A stretch of DNA of 32,000 nt from Candidatus Saccharimonadota bacterium (GTDB lineage: Bacteria > Patescibacteriota > Saccharimonadia > Saccharimonadales > UBA4665): contig CP023991.1 in the NCBI GenBank assembly GCA_003516025.1, positions 90,001-122,000 on the forward strand, written 5' to 3'. The position numbers were made by a program, and so were the translations under genes. Below, one piece after another: positions 16,834 to 24,914 of the stretch (the stretch's first letter is position 1; each line of letters opens with the position of its first letter). The notes under the pieces are model-generated. The model worked only from the letters and a program-made list of their open reading frames with translations. It ran no database searches and was not told where the DNA came from.

Positions 16834-17220
16834 ATGTACATATCTATTGCGGAACGGCGACAAATTGAAAACGAGATGATATTCAGGCGTTTAAACGAAA
16901 AAGTTGGTGACGATCTCGGCGCTTTAGACGCGATGCATATCGAAGATGGAAACATACATCTTGTCCGTGACGAACTTCTCTTGCTTCGCTTTAAGTGCGA
17001 GTGCTCCGATGAGAATTGCAGTGCTCGAATACCTCTGGAACTAAACAAATACCAGGCAATTCACGAAGACCGCGACGCCTTTATTGTGAAGATCGACCAC
17101 CAGGTAGATCCGATTGAGAAAGTCATACAAAAAGAAGAGAATTATAACGTGGTGCGAAAGAACAATTCTACTCCAGAGCCAAATTCTACGCTCAAAAAGA
17201 CTACTATCAATAATCAGTAG
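16834..17220 (+). CDS. Small hypothetical protein with CECSDENC motif (paralogue B)
   Basis: Start chosen at MYISIAERR, which aligns with MTQSISERR of paralogue A. The same CECSDENC core and KYQAIHEDRDAFIV are present. Confidence 0.7.
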   Translation: MYISIAERRQIENEMIFRRLNEKVGDDLGALDAMHIEDGNIHLVRDELLLLRFKCECSDENCSARIPLELNKYQAIHEDRDAFIVKIDHQVDPIEKVIQKEENYNVVRKNNSTPEPNSTLKKTTINNQ

Positions 17221-17316
17221 CTGTTTCAGAAAAGAAGCCGCTATGGATTAGTGCATATTATGAGCGTCGCACAAGTTTAATGCGGGGTAAATAACGTTAT
17301 GATATAGTTTTTCAAT

Positions 17317-17838
17317 ATGAACATTGTTAATTCGGCTCTTGGCCGGTATGAACCTGTCGGTAGTCCTGAGGAAGCAGATGTTATAGTAGGTCATTCTTTC
17401 GGTACATTGACTGGTGAAAACAGTGCTAACCGTTCTATAGCTGACTTTATATTGCAGAACGCGTACGGTCGGCCGATTGTAGCCGATCGTACGCTTGTTG
17501 AAGCATTTCCCGGCAAGGACGAAGAAGTAGACTATATTGTAGAAGGCCCTGTCTCTAATGGCGTCGGCCAGGGAGTAGGCTCATGGGGAACTCTCCAAGA
17601 AGCTAAAGCTTTCATGGAACGTGAAAACTTGAAAGCAGCACTTATGGTTGGACAGGCCCATCACATAGGTAGGGTGGTAATGCAGGCTAAGAAGTTAGAT
17701 ATTATGTCGATAGTGCCAGCAAATCTTCCCCGAAGCTTCGATCCGGACTCCGGACAGCGCTGGACTCGTTCTATAGGAATGTGGCTCCCTCGAGAAACTT
17801 TGGGTTCCCTTGTGCTCCGCGCGCAGAAAAAACTGTAG
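17317..17838 (+). CDS. Hypothetical protein (possibly DUF218/YdcF-like fold)
   Basis: 173-aa ORF. The VIVGHSFG ... MVGQAHHIGRV arrangement is reminiscent of DUF218. TGATATAGT extended -10 at 17300-17308 lies 8 nt before the ATG. Confidence 0.55.
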   Translation: MNIVNSALGRYEPVGSPEEADVIVGHSFGTLTGENSANRSIADFILQNAYGRPIVADRTLVEAFPGKDEEVDYIVEGPVSNGVGQGVGSWGTLQEAKAFMERENLKAALMVGQAHHIGRVVMQAKKLDIMSIVPANLPRSFDPDSGQRWTRSIGMWLPRETLGSLVLRAQKKL

Positions 17839-17987
17839 TCCCAATTGTTCGCTGCGCTAATCAAAAACTATTATCATTCAGCATGCATCCTTGCGGCACT
17901 TACAAAAATTTAACTGCCCAAACATCCCTATAAGCGCATGATCTACGTAACAATTAAGTTCCAAACAAAGATTGGTGGGTGCATATT

Positions 17988-18707
17988 ATGGATTATTCAA
18001 ATTTAAGTGGTGCGACGGCGTATGATAAAGACGGCAAAAAAGTCGGGGAAATCGATACGTTATATTACGATGAAGATTCAAAAGCACCGACCTGGGCAAC
18101 GGTGAAATCATCGAGTTTGTTCGGCTCTAAGCTGCACTTTGCGCCACTGGCAGGTGCCCAACAGACCGACGACGGCATCGCATTTGCCGCCGATAGCGAC
18201 CACATTAAAAATGCGCCTTCGGTAGAAGTTGACGAAGAATTATCGGAGGAAGACGAACGCACTTTGTACGAACATTATGCTATGACTGATTCCGAGTCTG
18301 ATTCTGAAGGTTCCGGGCATGATACAAGCGGCCCTGACACTGATGATGCCATGACCCGCTCTGAAGAACAGCTCGAAGTCGGCAAGCAACAAACCGAAGC
18401 TGGCCGGATGCGCCTTAAGAAATACATCGTAACCGAGGAAGTCCATACTACTGTTCCGGTGTCGCATGAAGAAGTACGCCTAGAGCGGGAACCGATCACC
18501 GATGCTAATCATGACCAGGCTATGGATGGCGGAGATTTAACCGAAGAAGAACACGAAATGACGCTCAATAAAGAAGAAGTCGTGGTATCCAAAAAGACCG
18601 TTCCGGTTGAGCGGGTCAAGCTTGGTAAAACAACTGTCACTGAGCAACAGGATGTTAATGAAACACTTCGTAAGGAACAGATCGATCTTGAAGACGACGT
18701 AAAGTAG
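17988..18707 (+). CDS. PRC-barrel + YsnF/AvaK (DUF2382) domain stress-type protein
   Basis: N-terminal YDKDGKKVGEIDTLYYD...PTWATV (PRC barrel), acidic linker, then repeated EEQLEVGK...V..EEVRLEREP / EEVVVSKKTVPVERVKL units. GGTGG SD lies before ATG 17988. Confidence 0.75.
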   Translation: MDYSNLSGATAYDKDGKKVGEIDTLYYDEDSKAPTWATVKSSSLFGSKLHFAPLAGAQQTDDGIAFAADSDHIKNAPSVEVDEELSEEDERTLYEHYAMTDSESDSEGSGHDTSGPDTDDAMTRSEEQLEVGKQQTEAGRMRLKKYIVTEEVHTTVPVSHEEVRLEREPITDANHDQAMDGGDLTEEEHEMTLNKEEVVVSKKTVPVERVKLGKTTVTEQQDVNETLRKEQIDLEDDVK

Positions 18708-18727
18708 CTGACGGGTTTAATAGATAG

Positions 18728-18762
18728 GGACGGCTTAAAATCAGAGCCGTCCTTTTATTTTT
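18728..18762 (+). terminator. Rho-independent terminator
   Basis: GGACGGCT - 9 nt loop - AGCCGTCC followed by TTTTATTTTT. Confidence 0.8.
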
Positions 18763-18881
18763 AGAAACTTTGCTTACCAACCCGGCCGGGTTTACTGGCA
18801 ATCGAGTGGTCATTGGCGGTTAGTCTATCCAAGTGCCGGTAATAAGACTACACTGTTTAGATAACGTAAAAGGAATCGACT

Positions 18882-18947
18882 ATGTCCAAAGATAAAGGTA
18901 AAAAAGAAATCAAGAAACCAAAGAAAAATAAGGACGCCGCGCTCTAG
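18882..18947 (+). CDS. Candidate 21-aa lysine-rich micro-protein (MSKDKGKKEIKKPKKNKDAAL)
   Basis: AAGGA SD lies 7-8 nt upstream of the ATG. Its TAG shares the tetranucleotide CTAG with the stop of the convergent 443-aa gene. Confidence 0.3.
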   Translation: MSKDKGKKEIKKPKKNKDAAL

Positions 18948-20275
18948 GGGGCCGATACGACAGTTGGCCGCAGGGCGAACATGCCCAGCAGGCGATGAAA
19001 CCGTGATCCGATAGCCGTAAGGCTGGTAGCCTGATTGGTGGCTACCTTTTTTTCATGCATCATATCGTAGGGGTCCGCCGCCAGTAAACGGCTCATCGGT
19101 GAACTCTGCGATACATCGTTATGTAACAGCAGGCGCACAAACTCTTGCACAGCCTGTTCCTCATATGGGATGTTGAGTGATTCCAAAAGCGTAACGCATA
19201 GTTCTTCCAGCTTTTCTGTAGCCAGCGGTGTCATTTCCGGCCCCAGGCCAAGCTCGGATAGTAGTTGCAATTCCTGTACGACACTGACAATTTCCTGCAA
19301 AACAGGTGCTACGGTTTCTTGTTCGATAGGCTCTAAGTGTGTTAACTTCTCTAGCACTGTTACTGTAATGGGGGCGACATCAATTTCTTGTTGAGTGGCC
19401 GGTTTGTCTTCATTGATGGCGATACCGGAAGACAGCAATTCGCTGAAATCCCGAGCCGCTTCCACGAAGTCTGGTTCCGGTATTTCCAGTAATTCCGTGC
19501 TGGCAGCAGTTTCGATAATCACCGGCACTTCAAAACTATTTTCCAGGGAATCGGTTTCTATGTAGGCCACTTCCACGTCGGGAACTGGTACGGGTAATGT
19601 GGTGGCAGCTACTGGTGTCTCGGGAACCATTGAGGCGTCGAATGTTTCAAGGCTGGACATGGGGGCGGGTTGTACGGGTGCTGGCAGTTCGGTCGATAAG
19701 ACTGGTTCGCCAGCGATGTTTTCTACTTTTGTTGCAGGACTAATAACCGACCCGGTAACTTCCGGTAATGAGTTCGTAACTGCCTCATAGTGAGCTCTGG
19801 CGGCCTGCAGTGCTATAGGCGGCGGGATAACTGGCGACACAAGCTGCGACTCGGCTACTGCCATAGCGGCAAGCCGGTTGTGTTCACTCCTTAACGGTAC
19901 GGCTTCCCGCGGTCCTGTGGTTATGTCCGGGCTCGCCGGCGCGGCAGGTTTGGGATGCTTTTTTAACTCTGTCGATGGCTCGGGCGAGGCAACCTTGAAC
20001 TTTTGCTCGATGCCGGCCTTGGACAGTACCGCGCTGAATTGCTCGGCATGCTCGGCTTCAACCTCGCAGCCGCTGGCGTTCATGGCTTTTACTACTACGG
20101 CGTTCGTAGCCTCCGGAGTCATTCGTGGGTCATCGGGCGGTATGGGGCACCACTCCAACAGTTGTTTCAGAGGACCAGTTTTACCGAACATGGTAAGTTC
20201 CTGTTCGCCGTAAATCTCTAAAAAGCTCGGCTGCGTTAAAGCTTCGGGGTTGTCGCTGGTGTGTGCGCTTTCCAT
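18944..20275 (-). CDS. Hypothetical acidic, Pro/Glu/Val/Ala-rich protein (443 aa), third gene of the MarR-led operon
   Basis: 1.3-kb uninterrupted ORF. Its ATG lies 4 nt after the stop of the 83-aa gene. No family recognised. Confidence 0.65.
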   Translation of the reverse strand: MESAHTSDNPEALTQPSFLEIYGEQELTMFGKTGPLKQLLEWCPIPPDDPRMTPEATNAVVVKAMNASGCEVEAEHAEQFSAVLSKAGIEQKFKVASPEPSTELKKHPKPAAPASPDITTGPREAVPLRSEHNRLAAMAVAESQLVSPVIPPPIALQAARAHYEAVTNSLPEVTGSVISPATKVENIAGEPVLSTELPAPVQPAPMSSLETFDASMVPETPVAATTLPVPVPDVEVAYIETDSLENSFEVPVIIETAASTELLEIPEPDFVEAARDFSELLSSGIAINEDKPATQQEIDVAPITVTVLEKLTHLEPIEQETVAPVLQEIVSVVQELQLLSELGLGPEMTPLATEKLEELCVTLLESLNIPYEEQAVQEFVRLLLHNDVSQSSPMSRLLAADPYDMMHEKKVATNQATSLTAIGSRFHRLLGMFALRPTVVSAP

Positions 20276-20279
20276 GCGC

Positions 20280-20531
20280 TTAGTCAGTGTGTGCGACTAA
20301 ATATTCATCTTCAGGTTGCAGGTTTCCCGCGGCTGCCACCATGCCGGCCATGTACTGTACGCGCTTGGCGGGGTCTTGCCGTTTGCTCTCGTCGGCAGGG
20401 CAGAACAATTCTTCGGCTGCCAAAGCATCACCAAGGGTAATAAGATCGCCATTGGGCATTGCCACCTGTACGTCAGGGCCGTACTTATCAATAAAATCCT
20501 GTGGCTGTGGTGTTTCGAATGGTCGCGTCAT
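20280..20531 (-). CDS. Hypothetical 83-aa acidic protein
   Basis: ORF lying 20 nt downstream of the marR stop and 4 nt upstream of the 443-aa gene. No family recognised. Confidence 0.55.
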   Translation of the reverse strand: MTRPFETPQPQDFIDKYGPDVQVAMPNGDLITLGDALAAEELFCPADESKRQDPAKRVQYMAGMVAAAGNLQPEDEYLVAHTD

Positions 20532-20551
20532 ATGCCCTTATCATAACAGGT

Positions 20552-21043
20552 TTAAGAGTGATCACGCTCCACGATGTTGCTTAACTTATACAATACGTTA
20601 ACGTACGTGCGCAGCTCTTTAGGGGTAAGTTGCGCGTATAGGATAGTGCGCATTTTTTGGCGCAGATCCTGTTCGATATGCTGGAATGTCGTCTCGAAAT
20701 CTGGGCTGAGGGTGACATAACGCGTCCGGTTATCGTTTTCGCGGTTATTACGTTCTATGATACCCTTGTTTTCCAGCAGGTTGAGCGTATTGGTAATGTA
20801 GGGGACATTGGTGTCGACCATCTTGCTCAAATTAGTAACGGTCACGCCAGCGCTGCCAGCGTCATGGATGGTACCGATGATGAACCACTGCATCATACTG
20901 ATGCCATGACCCTTTAAGTTGTCCTCGGTAATTTTCTTCAACAACCGCTGGGCAGTGGACTGGGCCACGCCGGCGTGATAAGTCGCGATGTCGGACAAAG
21001 ACCCGGCCGGACCATCGTTACTGTTGTTTTTGATTGACTTCAT
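20552..21043 (-). CDS. MarR family transcriptional regulator
   Basis: Winged-helix core ISMMQWFIIGTIHDAG...VTNLSKMVDTNVPYITNTLNLLENKGIIERNNRENDNRTRYVTLS. Start preferred at the second ATG (21043), 7 nt after TATAGT (21056..21051); the first ATG is at 21049. Confidence 0.85.
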   Translation of the reverse strand: MKSIKNNSNDGPAGSLSDIATYHAGVAQSTAQRLLKKITEDNLKGHGISMMQWFIIGTIHDAGSAGVTVTNLSKMVDTNVPYITNTLNLLENKGIIERNNRENDNRTRYVTLSPDFETTFQHIEQDLRQKMRTILYAQLTPKELRTYVNVLYKLSNIVERDHS

Positions 21044-21070
21044 GAACATAACTATATATTATTATTAATA

Positions 21071-21090
21071 GTTTACTTTGTAAAGTAAAC
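21071..21090. promoter_or_regulatory. Perfect inverted repeat GTTTACTTT-gt-AAAGTAAAC, a probable MarR operator in the divergent promoter region
   Basis: 9-bp arms with a 2-bp spacer, centred between marR (minus) and ORF 21118 (plus). Confidence 0.6.
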
Positions 21091-21117
21091 AGTAATGTTT
21101 AACTCCAGGAGGTTCAT

Positions 21118-21810
21118 ATGAACGATGGAAAAAGTCATAAAGGCGGATTGATGGCCTTATTGCTGGTCCTTGGTCTCGTGGTTGGGGCGGCTATTGCCTA
21201 TCCACTCGGTAAGAACATGTCAGACGACAGTAGCAATACTCAAAACGTCGCGACAGTATCAACAAAAACCAAAGCAGCTGATTTGCGCTCCACACTCGAA
21301 GGCTTGCTTCGTGAGCACGTCAGTAGCAGCTTAATAGTTACCCGCAATATCGTTGACGGCGCGCCCGAAGCGAAATTACAGGGATCAATCGATGCTCAAA
21401 CTGCCAATGCCGTAGCTATCGCCAATGCTGTGGGTAGCGTGTACGGTGATGACGCAAAAACTGCCATCACTGCACCGTTTGTTGACCACATCAAACAGTC
21501 GAATGCCTACGCGACCGCCACTGCTAATAGTGACACTGCTGCCCAGGCACAGAGCCTGACTGCCCTGCAGGCTGATTTGCGTAAAGTCGCGGACGTTTTC
21601 CATAGCGTAATCCCAAGCTTGTCTTCCGATACGTTGTACGACGCGCTTAACCAACACGAAGGTTTACTGAACGACTCGATTACCGAATACAAGAACGGCA
21701 ACTTCCAGAAGTCTTATGAGCTTGAAAACCAGGCTCTAACCCAGATCTCCGGCGGTGCTGATGCCTTAGCTGAAGGTATCGTGGCTTCCAAGCCTGATAT
21801 GTTCAAATAA
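21118..21810 (+). CDS. Hypothetical exported or membrane-anchored helical protein
   Basis: AGGAGG SD, N-terminal hydrophobic anchor LMALLLVLGLVVGAAIAY, then two helical segments of roughly 80 aa each. Confidence 0.65.
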   Translation: MNDGKSHKGGLMALLLVLGLVVGAAIAYPLGKNMSDDSSNTQNVATVSTKTKAADLRSTLEGLLREHVSSSLIVTRNIVDGAPEAKLQGSIDAQTANAVAIANAVGSVYGDDAKTAITAPFVDHIKQSNAYATATANSDTAAQAQSLTALQADLRKVADVFHSVIPSLSSDTLYDALNQHEGLLNDSITEYKNGNFQKSYELENQALTQISGGADALAEGIVASKPDMFK

Positions 21811-21855
21811 GCATGTTCAAGTAGTCTTCCGACTGAGCGACTGAATTGACCAAAA

Positions 21856-21885
21856 AGAGGTTCCATCTGTGTGGAGCCTCTTTTT
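21856..21885. terminator. Rho-independent terminator (A-tract/T-tract flanked, potentially bidirectional)
   Basis: AGAGGTTCCA - TCTGTG - TGGAGCCTCT, flanked by AAAAA on the 5' side and TTTT on the 3' side. Confidence 0.8.
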
Positions 21886-21905
21886 AGTGCTTTAATCAAT
21901 AACCA

Positions 21906-21934
21906 TTGACATGAAAACTGGTCTGTAGTATTAT
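21906..21934 (+). promoter_or_regulatory. Sigma-70-type promoter TTGACA-17 nt-TATTAT driving a leaderless arsR-family gene
   Basis: TTGACA 21906-21911, 17-nt spacer, TATTAT 21929-21934, ATG at 21941 (6-nt gap). Confidence 0.7.
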
Positions 21935-21940
21935 ACCAAT

Positions 21941-22294
21941 ATGTTAATTAACCAAGTAGTTAATAATGATCCACTGACGCAGTTGTTTACTGCCTTGGCT
22001 GATCCTACCCGGCGCTCCATTATCGAACGCTTGACCCGCGGTAGCGCTACCGTTAACGAGTTAGCAGAACCTTACGATATGAGTTTGCCTGCTGTTTCTA
22101 AACATATAAAAGTGCTTGAAGAGGCGGGTATAGTCTCAAAAACCGTTAACGGACAACAGCGCGAATGCCACTTGGAAGCGCTGCGCTTGCAGGAGGCCGA
22201 ACAGTGGCTGGAACAATACAAGCAGTTTTGGCAGGCTAATCTGGACAATTTGGATGTGTATCTCAACCGGATCCGTTCGCAGGAAAAAGATTAA
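21941..22294 (+). CDS. ArsR/SmtB family transcriptional regulator
   Basis: LADPTRRSIIERL ... VNELAEPYDMSLPAVSKHIKVLEEAGIV helix-turn-helix. Confidence 0.9.
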   Translation: MLINQVVNNDPLTQLFTALADPTRRSIIERLTRGSATVNELAEPYDMSLPAVSKHIKVLEEAGIVSKTVNGQQRECHLEALRLQEAEQWLEQYKQFWQANLDNLDVYLNRIRSQEKD

Positions 22295-22303
22295 GGAGGA
22301 AAT

Positions 22304-22795
22304 ATGGCAGACGTACAGGTAAAACAATCAGACAACACAATGATTCTCAGCAAGGAATTCGACGCTCCGCGAACCCTCGTTTTTGAAATGTTCAAGAACC
22401 CCGAACACCTGGCAAGCTGGTGGGGTCCAACCGGTATGCCGGCCACTATTGTCTCATTTGATTTCAGCCCCGGCGGCGTGTGGCACTACTACATGCAGGG
22501 CCCTGATGGTACCAAGTATTGGGGCAAGGCGACGTTCAAGGAAATTGACGAGCCGAACAGCCTGAGCTATATCGACGTCTTTTCTGACGAAGCAGGTACG
22601 GTCAATCCGGATTTGCCCCAGGGCCTGACACTGGTTACTTTTGATGAACATGACGGTAAAACCACGTTGCGCATGGTTGGCGAGTACCAAAATGCTGAAG
22701 AGATTGAAAAGCTGACTGAAATGGGCATGATCGAAGGTGTGACCGACACCTGGAACCAGTTGGAAGCTTTGATAGAAAAGCACAAAACGTTGTAA
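22304..22795 (+). CDS. SRPBCC superfamily protein (AHSA1/Aha1-like domain)
   Basis: Typical ArsR-SRPBCC gene pair. PEHLASWWGP ... GGVWHYYMQGPDG ... TFKEIDEP pattern. AAGGAGG SD. Confidence 0.8.
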   Translation: MADVQVKQSDNTMILSKEFDAPRTLVFEMFKNPEHLASWWGPTGMPATIVSFDFSPGGVWHYYMQGPDGTKYWGKATFKEIDEPNSLSYIDVFSDEAGTVNPDLPQGLTLVTFDEHDGKTTLRMVGEYQNAEEIEKLTEMGMIEGVTDTWNQLEALIEKHKTL

Positions 22796-22824
22796 AAAAA
22801 CTGTTGTAAGGGGCTATTACAACA
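22794..22824 (-). terminator. Intrinsic terminator-like hairpin oriented for minus-strand transcription
   Basis: On the minus strand, TGTTGTAA-TAGCCCC-TTACAACA-G-TTTTTTT. On the plus strand the hairpin is not followed by a T-tract. Confidence 0.45.
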
Positions 22825-22963
22825 CCTGATTCAACTGTTCATGATTTACCCACGGGTTATCCACTATAGTTATTCCTACAACAAAATGAAATAATACAAC
22901 TGGAATGGCGGCTCCTTGACATAAGCTTTTCTGTCTTTAGCGCCGCTTGAGTATAATGAGCCT

Positions 22964-24865
22964 ATGACAAAGGCACGTACCCCTATGCTGGGGCTCCTGG
23001 TAGGGGCTCTCGGCGTGGTATTTGGCGATATTGGAACCAGCCCGTTGTATGTCATGAAAGTGGTATTTGGTGAGGCTGATTACCAACTGCCAATTACCCG
23101 GTTGGCGGTGTTGGGGCTGATTTCACTTATTCTGTGGACAGTTACCCTGGTCGTCTCGGTTAAGTACATTATGTTTATCATGCGGGCCGATAACGCTGGT
23201 GAGGGTGGCATCATGGCGCTGGTGGCGCGCGTACGCAAGAGTCCGATGACGGGCTGGCATAAACCTGTTTTAGTGTTCCTGGGGCTACTAGGGGTCGCCT
23301 TGTTTTACGGTGACAGTGCCATTACGCCAGCTATATCCGTCCTGTCGGCAGTAGAGGGAATCAGCGTGGTCGATACGCGCCTGTCTTCGTTAGTGTTGCC
23401 GCTAACGGTCGCCATTCTGATTGGCCTGTTTTGGATTCAAAAATACGGTACTGCCACTATTGGCAAAGTATTCGGCCCGGTAATGTTGCTGTGGTTCCTG
23501 GTAATCGCGGCCGGCGGGATTAACCAGATTGTGCATTATCCGGCGGTGCTACAGGCCCTCAATCCGTTCAGCGCCCTGCAGTTTGCGCGTGAACTGCCGC
23601 TTACCGCTTTCACGGCCATGGGGGCCGTGGTGCTGGCGATCACGGGCGCCGAAGCTTTATACGCGGACATGGGTCATTTCGGCCGGGCGCCAATTGCCCG
23701 TAGCTGGTTCTTGGTAGTGTTTCCGGCGCTGGCCCTGTGTTATATGGGGCAGGGCGCGCTGTTGCTGACGAGTCCCGAAGCGGTGAATAATCCGTTTTAC
23801 CTGTTATTCCCGGCAGCTGTCCATATCCCGCTACTGGTTTTGGCTGCGGCGGCTACCCTCATCGCGTCGCAATCGGTTATTTCCGGAGCCTTCTCTCTGA
23901 CCCGCCAGGCGGTGCAGTTGAACTTTTTGCCGCGCATGCGGATCCTTCATACCTCGGACCGCGAATCAGGGCAGATCTATGTCCCCATGGTTAACCTGCT
24001 GTTGTTCCTAGTCGTGATGTTAGTCGTGCTGCTATTCGAGTCGTCGGTACGTTTGGCTGGCGCTTACGGGATTGCCGTAAGCGGGGCGATCGCGGTGGAT
24101 TCTATACTATTCTTTGCCCTGGCATTTACGCTATGGCGCGCGGCTCCGGTGTATCGTTGGCTACTTGCCGTACTGGCGGGAGTGTTCTTATGTGTCGATA
24201 TTATCTTGGTGAGCGCAAATCTGTCAAAGATAGTCCACGGCGGCTGGGTGCCGTTACTGGCGGCCGCAGGAGTACTGCTGGTAATCGATACTTGGCGCCG
24301 CGGACAGCGGATTGTAGTCCGTGAACGTAAACAATTGGAAGGGCCGCTGCAGACTTTTATTACCCGACTGCACCAGCACGAACTTGGCGATGTGTCGCGC
24401 GTTCCGGGACAGGCTGTGTTTATTGGTCATCATCCTGGTTTAACACCGTTGGCGTTGCATGCCGCGGTCGAAAAGTTTAAGGAACTGCCCGACAAAGTAG
24501 CCATCGTGTACGTACAAGTGTCAGAACATGCCCACGTACCGGAACATGAGCGGGCGCAGTGCAGTAGCCTGGAATACGCCGACGGTGTCAGCCAGGTCGT
24601 ATTGACGTTCGGATACCACGACGCCCCCAACGTTCCACGCGAACTGGAGCGCCTGCGCGGCACTAGCCCCGAACTCGATTTTGACCCTTACGCTGCTGCT
24701 TACTTCATTTCTCTGACCGAAGTGATTATGACCACCCGCCATAATCTGGCGCCGTGGCGCAAGTCGTTATACAGCATCCTGGATCGCAATAAGTTAAGCT
24801 CCGGTATGTACTACAAACTTCCATTTGAAAATACCACTGAACTGCGCGCACTCATTAAACTATAA
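22964..24865 (+). CDS. kup: Potassium uptake protein Kup (KUP/HAK/KT family)
   Basis: GDIGTSPLYV hallmark near the N-terminus, about 12 TM helices plus a cytoplasmic C-domain, 633 aa. TATAAT 22952-22957 lies 6 nt before the ATG. Confidence 0.92.
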   Translation: MTKARTPMLGLLVGALGVVFGDIGTSPLYVMKVVFGEADYQLPITRLAVLGLISLILWTVTLVVSVKYIMFIMRADNAGEGGIMALVARVRKSPMTGWHKPVLVFLGLLGVALFYGDSAITPAISVLSAVEGISVVDTRLSSLVLPLTVAILIGLFWIQKYGTATIGKVFGPVMLLWFLVIAAGGINQIVHYPAVLQALNPFSALQFARELPLTAFTAMGAVVLAITGAEALYADMGHFGRAPIARSWFLVVFPALALCYMGQGALLLTSPEAVNNPFYLLFPAAVHIPLLVLAAAATLIASQSVISGAFSLTRQAVQLNFLPRMRILHTSDRESGQIYVPMVNLLLFLVVMLVVLLFESSVRLAGAYGIAVSGAIAVDSILFFALAFTLWRAAPVYRWLLAVLAGVFLCVDIILVSANLSKIVHGGWVPLLAAAGVLLVIDTWRRGQRIVVRERKQLEGPLQTFITRLHQHELGDVSRVPGQAVFIGHHPGLTPLALHAAVEKFKELPDKVAIVYVQVSEHAHVPEHERAQCSSLEYADGVSQVVLTFGYHDAPNVPRELERLRGTSPELDFDPYAAAYFISLTEVIMTTRHNLAPWRKSLYSILDRNKLSSGMYYKLPFENTTELRALIKL

Positions 24866-24914
24866 CTAATCAGGCAGCTTATATACGCTGCTTGGTCCGT
24901 GATATAGTTTGAGC

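Noticed and set aside
18779-18792. Perfect 14-bp palindrome AACCCGGCCGGGTT as a terminator
   Set aside because: It leaves no room for a loop unless the stem shrinks to 5 bp, and no T-tract follows on either strand. It may be a protein site or chance.
21947-21964. Inverted repeat ATTAAC-N6-GTTAAT just inside the arsR-family gene as an autoregulatory operator
   Set aside because: It is short, AT-rich and located in coding sequence, so it could easily arise by chance. It is not supported without binding data.
22796-22963. Cyclic-di-AMP (ydaO/kimA-type) or other riboswitch upstream of kup
   Set aside because: The best -10 box (TATAAT 22952-22957) lies only 6 nt from the ATG, leaving no leader. 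I also could not see the conserved ydaO-type sequence blocks in the gap.
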